A DNA stretch of 63,241 nt, the filler included, from Chiloscyllium plagiosum (lineage: Eukaryota), in the NCBI RefSeq assembly GCF_004010195.1. It is 5 parts of one record of this genome, joined end to end, with 100 filler letters (N's around TTAATTAATTAA, not from the genome) between each part and the next. Parts side by side here need not be neighbours in the genome. Positions count along the whole stretch, not along the records: positions 57,409 to 63,241 come from NC_057710.1; 4 more parts are not named here. One strand, given 5' to 3'. The notes beneath the pieces were generated by a model. It saw only the letters and a list, made by a program, of their open reading frames with translations, was not told where the DNA came from and searched no databases. Position 1 is the first letter of the stretch, and each line of letters begins with the position of its first letter. Positions 60,660 to 63,241 of the stretch are shown here, piece after piece. The translations under genes and the position numbers were made by a program.

Positions 60660-60850
60660 GCATAATCAAATTTACATTGCACAACAATCCAAATTGCTTC
60701 ATGACCAATTACTTATTCCAGAAATGTCATTACAATTGGGAAATATAGCAACTAATTGCATTCAGCATGGTTCCACAAACAAAAATGAAATAAGTGACCT
60801 AATTGTCTAGTTTATTGATGGTGGTTGAGAGATAATATTTGTTGGTTTGA
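60660..60850 (-). mobile_element. Possible decayed SINE 3' region (SacSINE/DeuSINE-like)
   Basis: GCAACTAATTGCATTCAGCATGGTTCCACAAAC...GATGGTGGTTGAGAGATAA resembles shark SINE tails as recalled; not verified. Confidence 0.3.
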
Positions 60851-61094
60851 AATAGAGAAAATCAGAGTGAAAGTGAAACATTTATGAATGAAAATTTGGG
60901 GAAAATCAGTGGTTTTTAACTCTTGACCTCAGTGGTGGCAATGAAAGTAGGTCATAAAAATTAAGTATTTTTAAGTAAAAACATATTGGCTCTGAAGAAA
61001 TGGTCACTGGACTTGACCTTTAACTGTGTTTCTCTCTCCACAGACACAGCCAAACCTGTGGGGTTTGTCCCAGCAATTTCAGTTTTTGTAACAG

Positions 61095-62120
61095 ACTAGC
61101 TCTGGTCAGAAGAATTGCAGTCGGGTGTTATACTTTAGAAAGTATTGCCAAAACAGACAGGAAGAAAGTACTTGACAGCTGTGCGGCCAACCTTATTGTA
61201 TAGTGCAGAAAGTTGGGCAGCGACAAAAGAAAGGTTCAATGACTCGATGCGAATGAGATGTAGATGCTGAGATGGATGTGTGGAGTAGGGAGCAAGGACC
61301 ATGTGAGGAACCAATATGTCAGTGAAAATTGTGGAAGCCTCAAGCAAAGTAGCCAAAAAGTGATTGGAAATTATTTGCTCATATCGTTTGATTCGATTTG
61401 TTTTATTATTGTACCGAGATACAGTGAAAAGTATTGTTTTGCGTGAACCAGACAAATCGTACTTTACATAAGTACCTCAGGGGAGCAGAGCAGAACACAG
61501 AATATAGTGTTACAGCTACAGGGAAGGTGCAGAGAAAGATCAACTCTGATTTGTGAGGGGTCCATTCATAAGTCTAATAACAGCAGGGAAGAAACCGTTC
61601 TTAAATCTGTTGGTAGATGATTTCAAACTTTTATATTTTCTGCCCAATGGAAGAGTTTGGAAGAGAATAAAACTGGGATGGGAGGGGTCTTTGGTTGTGT
61701 TGGCTGTTTTCCTGAGGCAGTGGAAAGTGAAGACAACATCAGTGGAAGGAAGGTTGGTTTTTGTGATGGACTGGGCTGTGCTCACAACTCTCTGTAATTT
61801 CTTGTGGTCAAGGGCAGAGTAGTTATTGTATCAAGCTGTGATGTATCCTGAATGGATGCTTTCTATGGTGTTTGGTAAGAGTCATTGTGGACTTGCTGAA
61901 TTTCTTCAGTATTCTTAGCAAGTAGAGATGTTAGTGTGTTTTCTTGACTGTAGCACCAGTGTGGATGGAGCAGGATAGATTTTTGGTGTTAGTTGGTGAG
62001 ACACATAAATGCAGTGGGATTGGAAGAGGATTGGGTGACTGACAGGAATAGATGATGGACAAAAAGGGCAGGCAACTAGCATTGTACTGATCTCAAGCAA
62101 GGTAGGAGGCACCAAAAGAA
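61095..62120 (+). mobile_element. RTE-clade LINE C-terminal fragment, split by a Rex1-like insertion
   Basis: KYLTAVRPTLLYSAESWAATK...EM*MLRWMCGV..KDHVRNQYV (61165-61320), resuming at about 61990 with NAVGLEEDWVTDRNR. Confidence 0.65.
61385..61985 (-). mobile_element. Rex1/Babar-like LINE 3' fragment
   Basis: AQSITKTNLPS..CLRKTANTTKDPSHPS..LPLGRKYKSL..RFKNGFFPAVIRLMN. Confidence 0.75.
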
Positions 62121-62489
62121 GTCGATGAAAATGAGGATAAGTATAGCAAAGACACCAGGCGATCTTTCCAGCTACTCTTTGAAAAGTGTCTTGATCCCTT
62201 CATTATAGACTTGACTCGTGAGCTGGAGTCTTGATGCATTATCTAATCTGAAAATGCTTCACATTTTTAGCACTTAATTTGTAAATACTTAGGTGTATAA
62301 TTCCAGTTGCACAGTGCAGCCATCATTGATATTATTGCATGTCTGCATTTTACGTAGAACAATGCAGTGCAGAACAGGCCCTTCGGCCCTTGATTTTGCG
62401 CCGACCTGTGAACTATTCTCAGCTCGTCCCCCTACATATTGATAAAGTTTGTGGAATGCTGCCACTAAAATACACTCACAGTCCCCCGT

Positions 62490-63241
62490 TAGAGTCATAG
62501 AGTCAAAGAGATATACAGCATGGAAACAGACTCTTCGGTCCAACCCGTCCATGCCAACTAGGTATCTCAAACCAATCTAATCCCACCTGCCAGCACCCGG
62601 CCCATATCCCTCCAAACCATTACCATTAAGTGTATAAGTCCTGCTAAGATTTGCTTTCCCAAAATGCAGCACCTCACATTTATCTGAATTAAACTCCATC
62701 TGCCACTTCTCAACCCATTGGCCCATCTGGTCCAGATCTGTTGTAATCTGAGGTAACCCTCTTCGCTGTCCACTACACCTCCAATTTTGGTGTCATCTGC
62801 AAACTTATTAACTGCACCTCTTATGCTCGTATCCAAATCATTTATGTAAATGGCAAAAAGTAAAGGACCAAGCATCAATCCTTGTGGCACTCCAGTGGTC
62901 ACAGGCCTCCAGTCTGAAAAACAACCCTCCACCACCACTCTCTGTCTTCTACCTTTGAGCCAGTTCTGTATCCAAATGGCTAGTTCTCCCTGTATTCCAT
63001 GAGATCTAACCTTGCTAATCAGTCTCCCATAGGGAACCTTGTCGAACGCCTTACTGAAGTCCATATAGATCACATCTACTGTTCTGCCCTCATCAATCTT
63101 CTTTGTTACTTCTTCAAAAAACTCAATCAAGTTTGTGAGACATGATTTCCCATGCACAAAGCCATGTTGACTATCCCGAATCAGTCCTTGCCTTTCCAAA
63201 TACATATACATCCTGTCCCTCAGGATTCCCTCCAACAACAT
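62490..63241 (-). mobile_element. CR1 LINE RT with internal deletion and 3' end, runs off the window
   Basis: QHGFVHGKSCLTNL, DFSKAFDKVP, GVPQG, FADDTK; (ATAGAGTC)-type tail at 62490-62505; deletion near 62620. Confidence 0.92.

Overview
Repeat-dense, AT-rich vertebrate DNA. The repeat complement suggests a cartilaginous fish, probably a shark (inferred): abundant CR1 LINEs, a V-SINE, Penelope-like elements, Rex1, RTE, Tx1 and Gypsy relics. No host protein-coding gene, tRNA, rRNA or CRISPR array is recognisable, so the window looks intronic or intergenic, and essentially all long ORFs are retroelement-derived. Four 100-bp artificial gaps (44 N + TTAATTAATTAA + 44 N) break contiguity. Highlights: (1) three Penelope-like terminal-repeat (pLTR) families carrying minimal hammerhead ribozymes, mostly as short, often fold-back insertions with 10-15 bp target-site duplications whose 5' ends cluster at the ribozyme; (2) a near full-length Tx1-clade LINE in a same-orientation stack of Tx1 copies separated by one repeated motif from a Gypsy LTR, suggesting a site-specific element that parasitises another transposon; (3) an old inverted duplication of a Gypsy integrase fragment; (4) a perfect 37-bp inverted templated insertion; (5) two candidate RFX X-box sites next to splice donors. 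Boundaries of degraded repeats are approximate and family names come from recognised motifs, not database searches.
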